A DNA stretch of 64,000 nt from Okamejei kenojei (GCA_035221665.1 CM069156.1:41726001-41790000); one strand, 5' to 3'; positions 1-13,446 are shown, numbered from the stretch's first letter. Program-made: numbers and translations. The notes: generated from the sequence alone by a model not told the origin.

Positions 1-384
1 TTGATCATAAAGATCAACAAGAGAAACTGCATTATAATAAGTCAAGTGTTGTGCCTAGATCCCGGGAATCCTCTACTATAGATGACCCTTACTACCCCAT
101 TTCCCATGAAATTAAGAAAATCCATAAGTATGACAGTGACATGCCAAGGGTACAATGATAAAATAGTTAAGATTAAACAAGAACTACCAGATCGAAAGTT
201 TTGATCGATTTTAAAGATGGAGTTAACGATTCGGGATTTACTTGAAGAACCCCGCGCCTCCCGCTGGCAAAGGCATACTTCAAAGCAGCGGGCAATGAAA
301 AACACAGAACAACAAAAGGCCGGAGTAACATAGAAAGGCTCATAAAAGACTCAGAACAACCTTTGATCATTTAATTATGAGGGT

Positions 385-516
385 GGGGAGCGGAGGGCAC
401 GTAATCCCTCATCGTAACTCCTCATAAAATAACGATCAAACAAACCTTCGAACTGGTAAGTTCTTGTTTAATCTTACTATTATACTTCGGAGTCACTGTG
501 AGTGACTACTTGAAGA
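385..516. repeat. DIRS internal complementary region (ICR)
   Basis: 385-480 is the inverted complement of ~160-260. 481-516 (acttcggagtcactgtgagtgactacttgaaga) is the inverted complement of 5196-5234 (tcttcactgtagtcaacttcacttgactaccgaagtaaaa). Confidence 0.85.
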
Positions 517-735
517 TTTTAAAGCATTCTGTGTTATTTATGTCGATAATCAACCGTAAGACAGTCCTGCCTAAGTAAAACACATACAATGAGAAACCAG
601 ACTAATTGTTAGATCATTTCACAATTAACTTTTTAATGGTTTTAAAGACCATATAATAACCCTCCTTATATCAGAGGGAAAATGATTACAATTGATAAAA
701 GATAGAAGTGACTACAACTCCATTGATTAAAGCAA

Positions 736-1730
736 TTATATTAAACAAAGCAGGTGATTATAGAGCTCCCAACACCGCGTGTCCAAAGCTTTATCATAGT
801 GTGAACAGTTTTTGTAGAACTTTTGAGAAGTATCTTCCTTTACACCACCCGCGACTTTTAAAATATGCTCGAGAGGTACGTCCTCCGCCCCCTTCGCCGC
901 GGACGTAGCTGCCGCCCTGGTGGAGTGAGATTTTAACACATCAGTGTCCAACTCCCGCTAAAACCAACGACCAGTTTTCAACCGATATTTTTGAGATAGA
1001 TTGAACTGAAAGCTTTTGTGTGGTGGTTATTTTGAGCGTAACCATTAACGCTTTTTTCATATCCGCGAAGGTGTCAGTACATAAAAATTAGTTCAAATGT
1101 TAACCACACACAAAGTAGGATCAATTGATATCTTGAAAGGGTACCTTTGTTTCCCAGAACATCTCCTGTCAGCTTTGTTTGATTAACTCGAAAACATAGA
1201 ACACAAACATTATCATGTAGTCACATTGCATACAGTCCAAACGCAACATTTTAAAGTTTTTGCACTCTTTGAGCTGAGACCAGTGACATTAAACATGACT
1301 AATTTCAATGCAATCTTTCCAATTCAACCCATCAAAATGGAGTCCATGTCTAAGTACGAAAGTACAATGCCTCACATCCCCAAATTCTCTGTGAATCTTG
1401 GTTAGGGTGGATTAATAATTAAATATATCCTTTCATGAATCTAGATATTAATGGATTCGACCCAATTGATCTCTGATCATTCATAAGCCCTAAATAGGAC
1501 GACAAAGCACTGCGTGCAGTGTTAATGGCACTGTAACTTAAATGTAGCTGAAAATGCAAATTGCAATGTAATTCCAAAACATTTACAATAATTACAGTAA
1601 TCATAAGAAATATTTGACTGTGTCAAAAGTCTTCCCATTTCATAATATGTTACATATATTGCTTTTGTGTGCTATTGCGCCATGATGTCAACCATAACTT
1701 TCATAGTTTGGCCCGACATCCCAGCCTCCT
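736..1730 (-). pseudogene. DIRS tyrosine recombinase (YR), frameshifted
   Basis: ORF fragments 1419-1604 (SYSAINTARSALSS, N-terminal SAM-like part) and 736-951 (HSTRAAATSAAK...ILKVAG...KFY; H-x-x-R and Tyr). Catalytic Arg in SAQRVQ at ~1262-1280. Confidence 0.85.
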
Positions 1731-1739
1731 GTAGGTAGG

Positions 1740-3700
1740 TCTGGTCAAAACCTTCAGATTACCAAAATCAAATATGCAAACAATGGGTAAAATCACTTTA
1801 GTTACCGGATTAGTCAAGATATCACTACAGTTAGGAATCGAAAACAATATATGGTTCTTTGATCATATTCAGCATTACTGGGAACCAAGGGTTGAGTTGC
1901 CAATTTGGAACTACCCACAATCCAGAAGCAGAATCTTGATTTATCTTTCTTCAAGCATCTCTGAATCAAAGCAAATGTGTAAAAGCATAAAAGAACATCT
2001 TTCCCCCAGTGGTAATGAAAAAGGCATCTACTGCTACTGCAATCTGGAATCGTGTTCCCAAGACACAAATTAGGCAACTGATGATAAGGCCAAGATGCAA
2101 ACAAATCTTATATTCTGGCAACCCAAATTGGTTTTACAATAATCTTAATTATGCTGGCTTAAGCATCCATTCCGTATATCTTTAAAAATCCTGGACCTAT
2201 CAACTGCTAACCACAGGTCCTTACCGGAATGAAGCATGCTGAAATCCATATTTGGCGACCAATACAACCATTCCATATCTCATTGGCCAGACAATCCATA
2301 TACTAACCTAACAACCCCATGTATTAATGTATGCAACTGCCGTTTTATATCTAACTGTATTAACACATGTAGACCATGTTTACACAACAATAAGCCTTAT
2401 AAGTCCATAAAAAGCACCCTATAACCCATAATAAGTTTAAATACCCTAACTTGAAGAAACGCTTCTTCTGAGCTTTCCATCTACCTCCACAACTGGAGGA
2501 ACTAATTCTGAACCCCCATCCGAAGCACGAGCATCCGTTTGTAAAACCATTTCAGGTTGTTTTATCATGTATTCTTAGCAGTCTTGTGTGAACATTTTCA
2601 ACCACCATTGTAATTCCAAACGCTGTCTTTTGTTATTGCATAGGCCAGTCAAAGTGACCTGCCTCTCCTTAAGGAGCCCCTTGATTAGTCCCTTTGAAGA
2701 TTTTGTAATGTAATGGAACCAAAATTCCAGCTGCCGAAAATGCTGCTAACCAGTTTCCCAATGGTTTTTGCCACATCTCGGATGGAAGGGCTAAGGTTTG
2801 TGAATGAGGTAATTACGAGTCATCAAGAATGTCATTGACCTTCTCTGTTGGCAAAGGTAAACTAACATAGTCACTGAGTTTAATTTACAAACCCAAAAAG
2901 TTAATTGATTGAGCTGGCTGCAGCTGGAACTTAATGGGATGAATCAAAAACACTAGCTTTTCAAACAAAGCTTTAGTAACTGAAAACTGATTGCGCAGCT
3001 GACTCTATGAGTATCACTAATATGATCCAGAATATCATCCAGATAAGCCCAAACAATGTTTTCTGTGCTCTTAATTGGGCCTAAAACAGGTTTCAACAGT
3101 TTTGTAAAGATCTATGAGCCGACTCAATCCATTTTGTAAAGCTTTAAACTGCCTAATTGTCCCATCCATTAATTTTAAATACCTCCTGAAGCATTGATGA
3201 ATTGCTACAGAATAAATAGGCATCCTTCAAATCAATCATAGCCATATAACACCCTGCTGACATAAGATATTTTTGGCAGTAACTGAATGTCTCCATCTAA
3301 ATGTTTGTATTTCCACAAACTTAATTTCAGATCTGTAAGGTCCAGAATAATTCGCAACCACCATCTTTTTTATCTCTTCACAAAATATATTAAGACAAAA
3401 ATGATGCTTATATGTTCATAAGTCTTTTTCAGAATACGCCTTTCCAGATAATTTGTTCAATTTCCAACATTAATCTCCATTCTTTCCTCTGCAGAAAACA
3501 CAAAAGCAAATGCAGGTCTATTCTGTACAGGAGGATTAACACCCCTCTTTTTAAAAATAATAATGGCTCCCGAAACTTCTTGTAAGTACAATCGAATCAG
3601 AAATAATTTTTAAGCCAGGCATTATAAAAATTTTTGCAATCTCCCTCCAACTGGAGAGTACTCCACAGTTTCTTTAAATACATAATCTTTAATACCTCTG
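1740..3700 (-). pseudogene. DIRS RT/RNase H/methyltransferase-like ORF, frameshifted
   Basis: IDLKDAY, YLDD, TDA and DLFAS motifs read by eye across frameshifts. Boundaries approximate. Confidence 0.8.
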
Positions 3701-5667
3701 ACTTCGTATTAGCGTGGTGGGTCCACCTTCTTCCCCGAATACAGGGAACACATAGCCTGCACAGAACACGAAGAATTTCGTGACAAACTCTTCATGCTTC
3801 TAATAACGGAAATAACGAAACCCCATATGGGTCGAAAAACCCCTTCTTCGTCCAAAAACAAAAGGTTTAACATTGCTAAAAAATTAGCTTATTCATCCAC
3901 CTCTTTCATCTGTTTCGGCAGAATTTTCTCCCAAACAAATACCCAGGAGCTTGAAACTCCACTTTCTTGCACAGGCTAGCAAATCCTAAGGGTGAAATAA
4001 GGCCTGAATCGCCGTTTTCCTCATGCAATTAATTTCATAAATGAAATTACATAATAACCAGCAAAGTATACTTTTTGAATCTTTTTTCCATTTCCAGATT
4101 CTTTATTTTGCCTGCCCATAGCCCGTAATGGGGCAAAATTAATTTGAGCACCTTTTGAAACTCACTTCTAGGGCTCTCATACCTTGGAGTCATAGACATC
4201 CCATAACAACGGATTCACCTTAGTACTTCCAATGAGGAACAATTTCTTGGAGCTATATATAATTCTGATGTTTCATTCATCACAGAATTGTGAAGTTGGT
4301 GGTAGATACCATCAAATTAATGTTTTGCAGGCTAGGATTTCTTCCATAAGCCTCACCACATCCTTCAGGTATAGCAAAAATCTGTGCTATCCCATCATCA
4401 TTAGGCCTTTTTATTTACTGTTGTGGTGTGCTTTCAAAGCCATCCAGCCCACCAGCAGGGTCTGCCTTCTCAGCCCAAATCAATTGGGATATCATCCCAT
4501 GATATTCTTCCAGCCCAAATCCTGGGTCCGGAGTATCATATTCCCAACTTGTGCCCACAGCAATTCATCATATTCAAACCCCTCAGGATATTTTAGTATT
4601 CATCTGGGTCTTCTGACCCTTGTCTCATTATTTGGTTTTGGAGAACTTCTCCATATGCTTCCATATATTTTTTGTTTTTAGCCACAAAGTTTTATGTACT
4701 GGAGGTCTTTCAATATCAGAAGTCATCAGAAACCACGGGCCCTCAGATTACTATTGCATTTTTTTTAGGAACATATTCATCCGTGGTCAATATTACGGAG
4801 AATCCCCCCCCCTGGAAACTCACTATCGGTACATCGCGGGCCCACGGTATCGGAAAACCGGGTCCCTCACTAACTTCGTCGTCCCCGAATTTTTACTTTC
4901 ATCACTCCCGGGAACATCTTTTTAACCCGCTAAAACTTCATTTCCTATTTCTCCATTTTTCTTAATAACAGTGCTCAATTCAGCACGTTAACCGAGGCAC
5001 TAAATTTCCTTTTGTTTCGTTTGCTGGGAGCCACCCAGCGTAACCTAAAAAACGCCCCGTGTAACTTCACTTACCTGCTGCCGTTCCGAACCTCTGCCGA
5101 TGAGCTGCGCCTTACTGCACTCCTCCTCGCGCCGTCAGCGTTGAACGCATGATGGGGATGGAGAGCGGATGCCGTTTGCCGAGCGTGATGCGGATCTTCA
5201 CTGTAGTCAACTTCACTTGACTACCGAAGTAAAATGGGAGAGTGCTGGCCATTCAGTTGTGGCAAGACTAACTTTGGAATACTATATTACACTATGGCTC
5301 TATCGTATTATTAATTCATCGCTCAAATTTTTTATTGTTAACTGCTTGCGACCATTAATGTACCTGCGGGGATTTGCAAATGTAATCATAAACTGATAAA
5401 GATAAGGAATGAGTAAGTTTAAAATATTTAAACTTTACAAAAGTAGACTCAGCTTGAAACTCAGACAGGCTGTTACCTTTCTCTTGTTAAATTGCAAAGC
5501 CAGCCAAGAATGCACTAATGCATGCTGCTTATTACACTAACAAGGATAACAATATATTATGTTGCCTTTTTCCAATAATACAAGTGATATAACAAGCGCC
5601 ACTTCAAGAATGTCTCACAAATAATATAAACATTTAGGTATGTTCAGACTCTCTAACTCGTCTCTAA

Positions 5668-8388
5668 CCATAGAATCATAGCATCATAGAAAATAGGTCA
5701 GGCGAGGAGTAGGCCATACCCTCAGCCCTTTCGACCTGCACCTCATTCAATGTAACATGGCTGATCATCCAATTCAAGTATCTTGTACCTGCCTCTTTCA
5801 CCCATACCCCCCTGATCCCTTGTAGCCACAAGGGCCATATCTAACTCCCTCTTAAATATAGCCAATGAACTGGCCTCAACTACCTTCTGTGGCAGATAAT
5901 TTCACAGACTCACAAAACTCGTGGAAAAATGATCTTCTCATCTGTCGGTCCTAAAAGACTTCCCCGTAGACCTTAAACTGTGACCCCCATTGTTCTGGAG
6001 TTCCCCAACATCGGGAAAATCTTCCTGCATCTAGCCTGTCCAAACCCCTTAAGAAATTTAGTAAGTCTCTAAAAGATCCCCCCTTCAATCTCCTAAATTC
6101 CACCGATTACAAGCCAGTCTATCCGGTCTTTCTCATATGGAAGTCCTGCCATCCCAGGAAAGCAGTCAGGTGAAACTTCTCGTAACCCCTCTATGGCCAT
6201 AAAGTCTTTCCTCAGAATAGGACAACCAAAATGTACGCAATATCTCCAGGTGTGCCTCACCAAGACCATGTACAACTGCAGAAGAACCTCCCTGCTCAGT
6301 AACTCAAATCCTTTTGGGCTATGAATAGGAAGCGCGCAACATGGCCATTTTGCTATCTTCCGCGAGCGGGATGTCTGGGGGGGGGGGGTGGGTCTGTGGG
6401 AGGATCATTTCTTATTAGGCTATCCGACTTCTCAGAATAGACTGGTTACAGTGCGCCACCGACATAAGCGAAACAGCGGTGGTTTCTAAGACAGGTCTCG
6501 TTGTGTCTCCCCTTATTCTTAATCGGCCACTGTTCAGATAATAAGACTACCCTCCAGTATTTGCCGACAAATTGGTATAACCTCACATTAATCCACATTA
6601 TACTGCATATGCAAGCATTTGGCACACATCACCCAAACCTATCCAAGTCACCTTGCAGCTTCCTAGCATCCCTCCTCATCGCTAACACTGCCCCCCGCTT
6701 CGTGCATCTGCAAACTTGGAGATGTTGAATTCAATTCCCCATCATCCAGATCATTTAAAATATATTGAAAATAGCAGGGTCCCATCACTGAGCCTTGCGG
6801 TCACCACTAGCACTGCCTCCATTCTGAAAATGACCCCGTTTACTCCCTACTCTTTGATACCTATCTGCCAGCCAAGATCTCTATCCTCATCAACCTGAAC
6901 CCCGTAATACCATGTGCTTTAAGTTGAATGCCTAATCTCTTATCGGACCTTTTGAAAGCCATATGAAACTCCAGATATATCACCTCCACATGATCTCCAT
7001 TTCCACTCTAACGTAGTTTACATCCTCAAAAATTCTATATAATATTCATCAGACATGACTTACTTCTTAAATCCATGCTGATTGTCTAAAAAATGATTAT
7101 CACCACTTCCCAAATGTGCTGCTATCCCAACATTAATAACTGACTAGCATTTTCCCCACTACCAATGTTATAATAACAGTCTGAAATTCCCCTTTTCTCA
7201 CTCACTCCCTTTTTAAAAAGTTGGGGTTACATTAGCTACCTTCCAATCCTCAGGAATCTACTTCAGAATCGAAAGAGATTTTGAAAAAATTAATCACTAA
7301 TGCTCCACTCATTTCTGGGGCTCCATCCTTAAGTACTCTGGGATGCATCCTATCTGGCCCTGGTATTTATCGGCCCTTTAATCCATTCAATTACCTACCA
7401 CTAATTCCCGCTAACCTGGATTAGCACTCCATTTCCATCCTTCATTTGACCCGCCGGATCCCCTGCTATTTCCGGCAAGATTATTTAATGTCTTCCTAGT
7501 GAAGACAGAACCAAAAGTAGTTATTCATTGGTCTATCATGTCCTTGTTCCCCATGATCAATTCAACCATTATGAACTGCAAGTGACCTACATTTTTTTTA
7601 TCTAACCTTTTTATCACTTTCCATATCTATATATGTGAAGACTGTTTTTCAGTCCGTTTATTTATGTTCCCAGCCAGTTTTCCTTTAATAATTATTTTTC
7701 CTTTCCTATTAGCACTTTGTCCTCCTCTGCTGGACTCTGGAATTTCTCCCAACCTCTGCAAGGCTTCTTTCTAGCTAATTTGGATGCTTCATCTTAGTTT
7801 TGATACTATGCCTGATTTCCCTTGATATCCACGATGCACTAACTCCCCCTGATTTATTTTTTTTGCCAATTGTGGGATGAACAATTGTTGTAGTTAAATC
7901 ATGCAGTCTTAAAAGCTTTCCATTGCATGTCCAAACGTCAACCCATTAAGAATCACTTGCCATTCTATCTTGGCCATATTCACCACATCTCCTACCAACA
8001 AAGTTACCTTTCTTTAAATTCACAACCCACCGTTTCTGAATTAACAATGTCACTCTCCATCCAAATGAAAGAACTTCAACCATAAATGGTCACTTCTTAT
8101 TTTTTTGTCCCAAGGGGCCACGCACAACAAGACTGCAACTAACATCCTTCCTCTTACCAGTACCCAGTCTAGAATAGCCGCTCTCTCTCGTTGATCCCTC
8201 CTATATGTTTGTTAAGAAAAACCTATCTCGCAACATCCCAAGAAATCCTCTACCTCAGCACCCCTGCCAATTGATTCACCCATCTATATTTAAATGTAAG
8301 TCACCCATATAACTGTTTTACCTTTGTCGCACGCATTTCTAATTTCATAGTTTTGATGCCATCCCCAACTCCACCACTACTGTTAGGT
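5668..8388 (-). mobile_element. CR1/HER1-type LINE, 5'-truncated and heavily indel-degraded
   Basis: CATAGAA-type tail at 5668-5692. ORF fragment VLVRHTWRYCVHF..FPGMAGLPYE. Similar throughout to the other CR1 copies in the window. Confidence 0.85.
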
Positions 8389-8762
8389 ACCCCCTGCTCT
8401 ATAAGTTATATAATGTGCGTCATTCAGTAAAAATAAAACAAAATTCTTGTTCTGCAGAAAAATAGCCTCCTCATATAACGATATATGGCTAACTCTTCCT
8501 TCTCTCTAGAAGAACCTGTCAACTTAAGAAGCTTCAATCTTAAGAAGCAAGAAGCTGTACTACTGAGATAACGGTACATCTTGAATCACTGATTATTGGA
8601 GTATAAATACATGTACTTAAACACGGTCCCCCCTTTGTATAGTCTGTATCTACATACTGCAAGAAGTCTTACCACACCCCCTTTCCTAAATAAAAGATTT
8701 CAATGCTTGATTACTGATTTTATTTACGTTTTTGTCTGTTTAAGAGAACACGAACAACAACC

Positions 8763-8990
8763 AAGTCGGTTGGTCAGTCAGTATAATCAGTCGGTCAGTC
8801 AGATGATCAGAGAAGTCAATCGGTGAGTCAGTCGGTCACTCGGTCGGTCAGGTCAGAAGTCAGTTAGTCGTCAGTCTCACGGTCAGTCAGTCAGAAGTCA
8901 GTCAGTCGGTCAGATCAGTTGGACGGTCAGTCGTCAGTCAGTCAGTCAGTCCGTCGGTCGGGCAGTCAGTCGGTCAGTCGATCAGTCGAT
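8763..8990. repeat. (TCAG)n/(TCGG)n microsatellite
   Basis: Imperfect tandem gtca/gtcg units. Confidence 0.9.
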
Positions 8991-9284
8991 AAGTTTGTTG
9001 GTTGGGCTGCCGGTGGATGCTGGCGAAGGGTCGTCGGGCTGATAGTAGGCCGTGGATGCTGTGAAGGGTCGGTCATGCTGTCTGGCTGCCGGCTGCCGGG
9101 CCGCCGGTGGGTGTTGCGCGGGTCGCTCGGGCCGTCGGACGACCGTGTTGCAATGAACGAGCGGGCCAACTGACAGGAGCCGGCGTATATGGGGTGCTAA
9201 ATAGGTGGGCCCGGGCGCATGCAGGGTGGTGCTGCTCCACACCGTCATCAACATGATGATCCAGAAGGACATGCTGGCCGAGGT

Positions 9285-9655
9285 GATGAAAGGGATTGGA
9301 CAGAGTTGACGTGGATAACTTTTCCCCCATTGAGGGTAGGGAAGATTCAAACGAAGAGCCTTCGGCATGAATGAGCATAAGGACAGAAGTTTAGGGGTAA
9401 CATGAAGGGAACTTCTTTACTCAGAGGGTAGTGGTTGTGGAATGAGCTTCTAGCAGAAGTGGTGGAGGCAGGATCGATTTTGACATTTAAAAGTAAAGTG
9501 GATAGGAATATGGACGTGAAAGGAATGGAGGGTATGGTCTGAGTGCAGTAGATGGACTAGGGAAAATACCCATTAACGGCACGGACTGGAAGGGCCTAGA
9601 TGGCCTGTTTCCGTTCTGTAATTGTTTATATGGTTATAATGTTAATGGTTATAAT
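9285..9655 (+). mobile_element. CR1 3' fragment, (TTATATGG)n-tail subfamily
   Basis: Matches the reverse complement of 44613-44990 and ends in ttatatggttataat. Confidence 0.85.
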
Positions 9656-10459
9656 TACACTCATAGGTCACAAGTATATATATGGTTTTAAATCAAACAG
9701 CAGCACAGAATTAGGCTCCCCATGGAGTAATATGGGCAATGGACACTAGATGGTGCCTACTTTTTTCAATATCATATTCTAATTGGCTTAATTAATTAAT
9801 GTGCAACTTATGGCACTGACGAGTTATGACTTCCTTCTCATTATATTATATCTAAATCTGTGCAAAATTTCAAGTAGTTCCCAGACATGGGTGACAAACG
9901 TTAAATTCTAGACACATTTTCGATGCTCGGCCCACAGCTTACAACCAAATATGACTAGACCGGTATGCCAATTTTGGTCGAGGGGTAAGGTGACCAGAAG
10001 GCCCTGTTTCTGTGATGTTCTGCTCTATAATTTAATGACTGGTCTCAATGAAAAACGCTGTTTATCCCGTTGGAATTACTTACTTCACTACACAAGTCTT
10101 TGCACCCTGACCATATACATATTTTTATTTACACTTCTCTCACCATTCATTGAGACTTACGGCACACATAATATCAGTATGCAGCATTAAACTCGGCATC
10201 CTGTCTTTCCTTATTAGTTACACCCAATCTCCAGCTCCCACCTTCTCCTCAATCATCAACCCCAATGAAAATGACTTCCCCAACCCCTCAGACACCCATT
10301 TCACCTCATGATCTTTTGTGTGGGGATTTATTGAATTATTTGTGAGAGTCTGTGGTTGTAACTCACATCAAGTGTATCTAATTAATTAACCGATCAATAA
10401 ATGCTCATGTATTAACGAAATAGAGCCCTGTCTTTAATAGTACCATTCAAACCTGGTGC

Positions 10460-11830
10460 TAGCCAAAAATGCTAGAGAAACTAAGCGGGTGAGGCAGCAT
10501 CTATGGAGCAAAGGAAATAGGCAACATTTCGGTCGAGACCCTTCTTCAGTTGATGTGAGGGTGGGGGGTGGGAAGAAGAAATGAATAGGCGGAGACAGTG
10601 GGTCTGAGGGAGAGCTGGAAGGGAGGAGAAAGCAGGGAATACCTGAAATTGGAGAAGTAAATGTTCATACCACTGGGGTGTAAACTGCCCAACCGAAATA
10701 TGAGTGCTGTTCCTCCAATTTACAGGTGGGCCTTACTCTGGCCATGGAGGAGGCCCAGGACAGAAAGGTCAGATTTGGAATTGGAGGGCGAGTTGAAGTG
10801 TTGATCCACCGGGAGATAAGGTTGGTTATTGCGAACCGAGCGGAGGTGTTGGGCGAAGCTATCGCCAAGCCTACGCTTGGTCTCACCGATGTAGAGCAGC
10901 TGATACATAGAGCAACAGATGCAATAGATGAGGTTGGAGGAGGTTGCAGGTGAACCTCTGCCACACCTGGAAATACTTTTTGGGTCCCTTGAATGGAGTC
11001 GATGGGGGAGGTTAAAGCGACAAGTGTAGCATTTCCCTGCAGTTGCAAGGAAAAGTGCCCGAGAGGGGGTGGTTTGGGTGGGAAGGGATGAATTTGACCA
11101 GGGAGTTATGGAGGTGCGGTTTTCTGCGGAAAGCAGACGGGGAGGAGATGGGAAGATGTGGCCGTGGTGGGATCCCGTTGGAGGTTGAGAAAATGTTGGA
11201 GAATTATTTTTTTGTATGTGATGGCCGGAAGGTGGTGAAGGTGAGGATAAGGGGAGCTCTGCCCTTGTTACGATGGGGGGGGATTTGGAATGAGAGCAGA
11301 GTTATGGGGTATAGCAGAAACCCTGATGAGAGCCTCATCTATAGTAGAAGAGGGGAACCCCCGTTCCCTGATGAATGAGGACATCTCCGATGCCCTGGTG
11401 TGGAAAACGCCTCATCCTGGGTGCAGATGCGGCGTAGACAGAGGAATGGGAGTGGGGATGGAGTCCTTACAGAAAGTAGGGTGGGAAGGAGTGTAGTCCA
11501 GAAAGCAATGGAGTCAGTGGGGTTTATAGTAGATGTTATAGTTTATACTTTATAGTAGACACCCACTGACTCCCATGGCTATCGAGACTACACTTCTCCA
11601 ATTTCAGGTAGTCCCTGCTTTCTCCTTCTCAGCTCACTGTCTTCGCCTCTTCCTTTCTTCTTACCGCCCCCCCCCCCCCCCCCCCCCCCCCCCCACATCA
11701 GTCTGAAGAAGGATCTGGACCCGAAACGTTTGCCTATTTACTTCGCTCCATAGATGCTGCCTCACCCGCTGAGTTTCTCCAGCAATTTTATTCTACCTTC
11801 GATTTTCCAGCATCTGTAGTTCATTCTTAA
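10460..11830 (-). mobile_element. Penelope-like retroelement fragment with GIY-YIG endonuclease and inverted terminal (pLTR) copy
   Basis: ORF 10720-10908 LLYIGETKRRLGDSFAQHLRSVR...PVDQHFNS is the Penelope GIY-YIG signature. 10460-10660 recurs inverted at ~11590-11830. Confidence 0.88.
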
Positions 11831-11964
11831 ACATTCACAACCCGGTGATCAGCTCTTGTGTACTTTAGTGTTCACCCATTCTGCCCTCAGTAGCGAATGC
11901 TTCCGGAGAGATTGCGTCACACTTACTGAGTTCTGAGAACTTCGTGCATTTATAGCGGCAACTG

Positions 11965-12165
11965 CAAACAAGCAACTGCAGATGCTGGTTTACCGTGGAA
12001 AGACATTGGTAATGGGCCGGATAGCATCCATGGAGAACATGGATAGGTGACGTTTAGGGTCGGAACTAAATCTGAAGAAGGGTCTCTAACCGAGTTTTCA
12101 CCTACCCACGTGCTCCAGGGATGCTACCTGAGCAGCGATGTTACTCCGGCATTGCGTGTCTTTCC
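11965..12165. repeat. Short palindromic Penelope-pLTR-derived repeat
   Basis: Head-to-head arms (cagatgctgg...gataggtgacgttt / ctgaagaagggtct...cacctaccc...gatgct) related to 10460-10550. Confidence 0.65.
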
Positions 12166-12834
12166 TTACAATTATAGCTCACGGCTGGGAGTTCATTGGC
12201 GAAATCAGTAGGAGGTTGAGAGGTGAACCATGACCACGTTGAATGGTCCAATGAGCGCACGGATCCGAAGGATCGACTTCGGCTTCTTATGTCATTATGT
12301 TTCCCTCCCTCTGACATGTTGAATATTGCAGCGTCGGTAGCCTCGGAATCGAACAACGTGCCTGGAGTGCATCTGATTACAAACGGAACGGACAATATTT
12401 GACGGATGGATCAGAGCGGAAGAGTCCAGCTCCGTGTTTCATGTGTGTGTGTGGTGTGTGTCCACCCCAGCCCCACCCCCAAATTTAACCAAAGAGCGGC
12501 GAGATTGCGCATTTAGCATCCAGAGGGAGCGGTGGTGGGGTGGGGGGGTAGGTGGAAAATGGGGAGTAGAATAAACACGTGAGATTGCGCTGGAGGTAGG
12601 GGAGACGGGACGTAGAATAGTGGGACCGGCAGACGGCGGCAGACGGCGGAAGAGGTCGGTGCGGGACACAGAGTGGTATTGATCAAGAGGAGCAGAATGA
12701 GCCGTTTGAGCGGACCTGCTTGTAATTATGTATAAGGCGGCTCCTGATCGCCACGTCTTTGCGCCAAACCCCTCAATGTACTGCGAGAAACCGCGTGAAA
12801 ATAGACCAATGGAATCACACCGCACTTTTTCCTC

Positions 12835-12840
12835 TTTATT
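12835..12840 (-). promoter_or_regulatory. Polyadenylation signal of the IgL gene
   Basis: AATAAA on the minus strand ~280 nt after the C-exon stop, followed by a GT-rich stretch. Confidence 0.7.
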
Positions 12841-13117
12841 GAGAGCTGAGATACACTAGATCCAATCACAACGCGGTTACTGTCTACAAGGGAATCTCCC
12901 CCCACTCTACAGACAGAGGCGGTGAGACACAGGGAACAGGGAACAGGGGACACATCTACAAAGAAATTCGCACTGATCTGAGATAATTACATATTCGTGT
13001 TGTTCCCAGAAATGGACATTGCGATAGGTTACGTTGCACAAGGTGGCGGTAGACCACAGTGAAGCTCTCTCTGTGTTAAACAGCAGAGAATTGGCGGCCG
13101 ATGCCAAAGGCACGAAC

Positions 13118-13446
13118 TCAGTTCGCGCAGGCGGACGACGAGACGGTGTGGCGCAGAGGCGAGCTCAGCGAGCTATGTCCGACGCTGCAGGAATAGCTCG
13201 AGCCCTTGTCCCATGCGGCGGCGGGGACCCGCAGGTAACTGCTCAGCCTGTACGTCTGTTCGGTGTCCGGGGTCACGGCGCCCGACGTCACCCCGCTCTC
13301 CGTCTCCACGCCGTCCACGGCCCAGCGCAGCGCCACGAAGCCCGGCTTAAAGCCGCTCACCAGGCAGCTGAGTGTGGCCGAGCCCGTGCCAGTTTCATCC
13401 GGAGACGGAGGGAGCAGGAGAAGCGAAGGCTTCCGAGACTCGTTAC
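13118..13446 (-). CDS. NS5: Ig light chain sigma-cart (type I/NS5) constant exon
   Basis: C1-set domain (S)NESRKPSLLLLPPS...ATLSCLVSGFKPG..LRW...YRLSSYLRV...W.KGSSYSCSVGHSSLSSP...SSSACAN*. Has canonical Cys/Trp/Cys and the near-terminal interchain Cys. Acceptor ccccacacAG at 13447-13448, phase 1. TGA at 13118-13120. Confidence 0.96.

Larger units (their letters stand above)
160..5234 (-). mobile_element. DIRS1-like tyrosine-recombinase retrotransposon, apparently full length (ORFs frameshifted)
   Basis: Minus-strand motifs in DIRS order: RT (MIDLKDAY ~3210-3245; AYLDDIL ~3030-3050), RNase H (LQTDA ~2530-2545), methyltransferase-like domain (DLFAS ~2092-2108; VVPNW..TQPWF ~1880-1915), YR (AINTARSALSS, SAQRVQ, HSTRAAATSAA..KFY). 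The segment 385-516 is complementary to both element ends (160-260 and 5196-5234). Confidence 0.9.

Noticed and set aside
13056-13095. CACAGTG heptamer in the IgL 3' UTR as a possible RSS
   Set aside because: No ACAAAAACC-like nonamer at 12- or 23-bp spacing.
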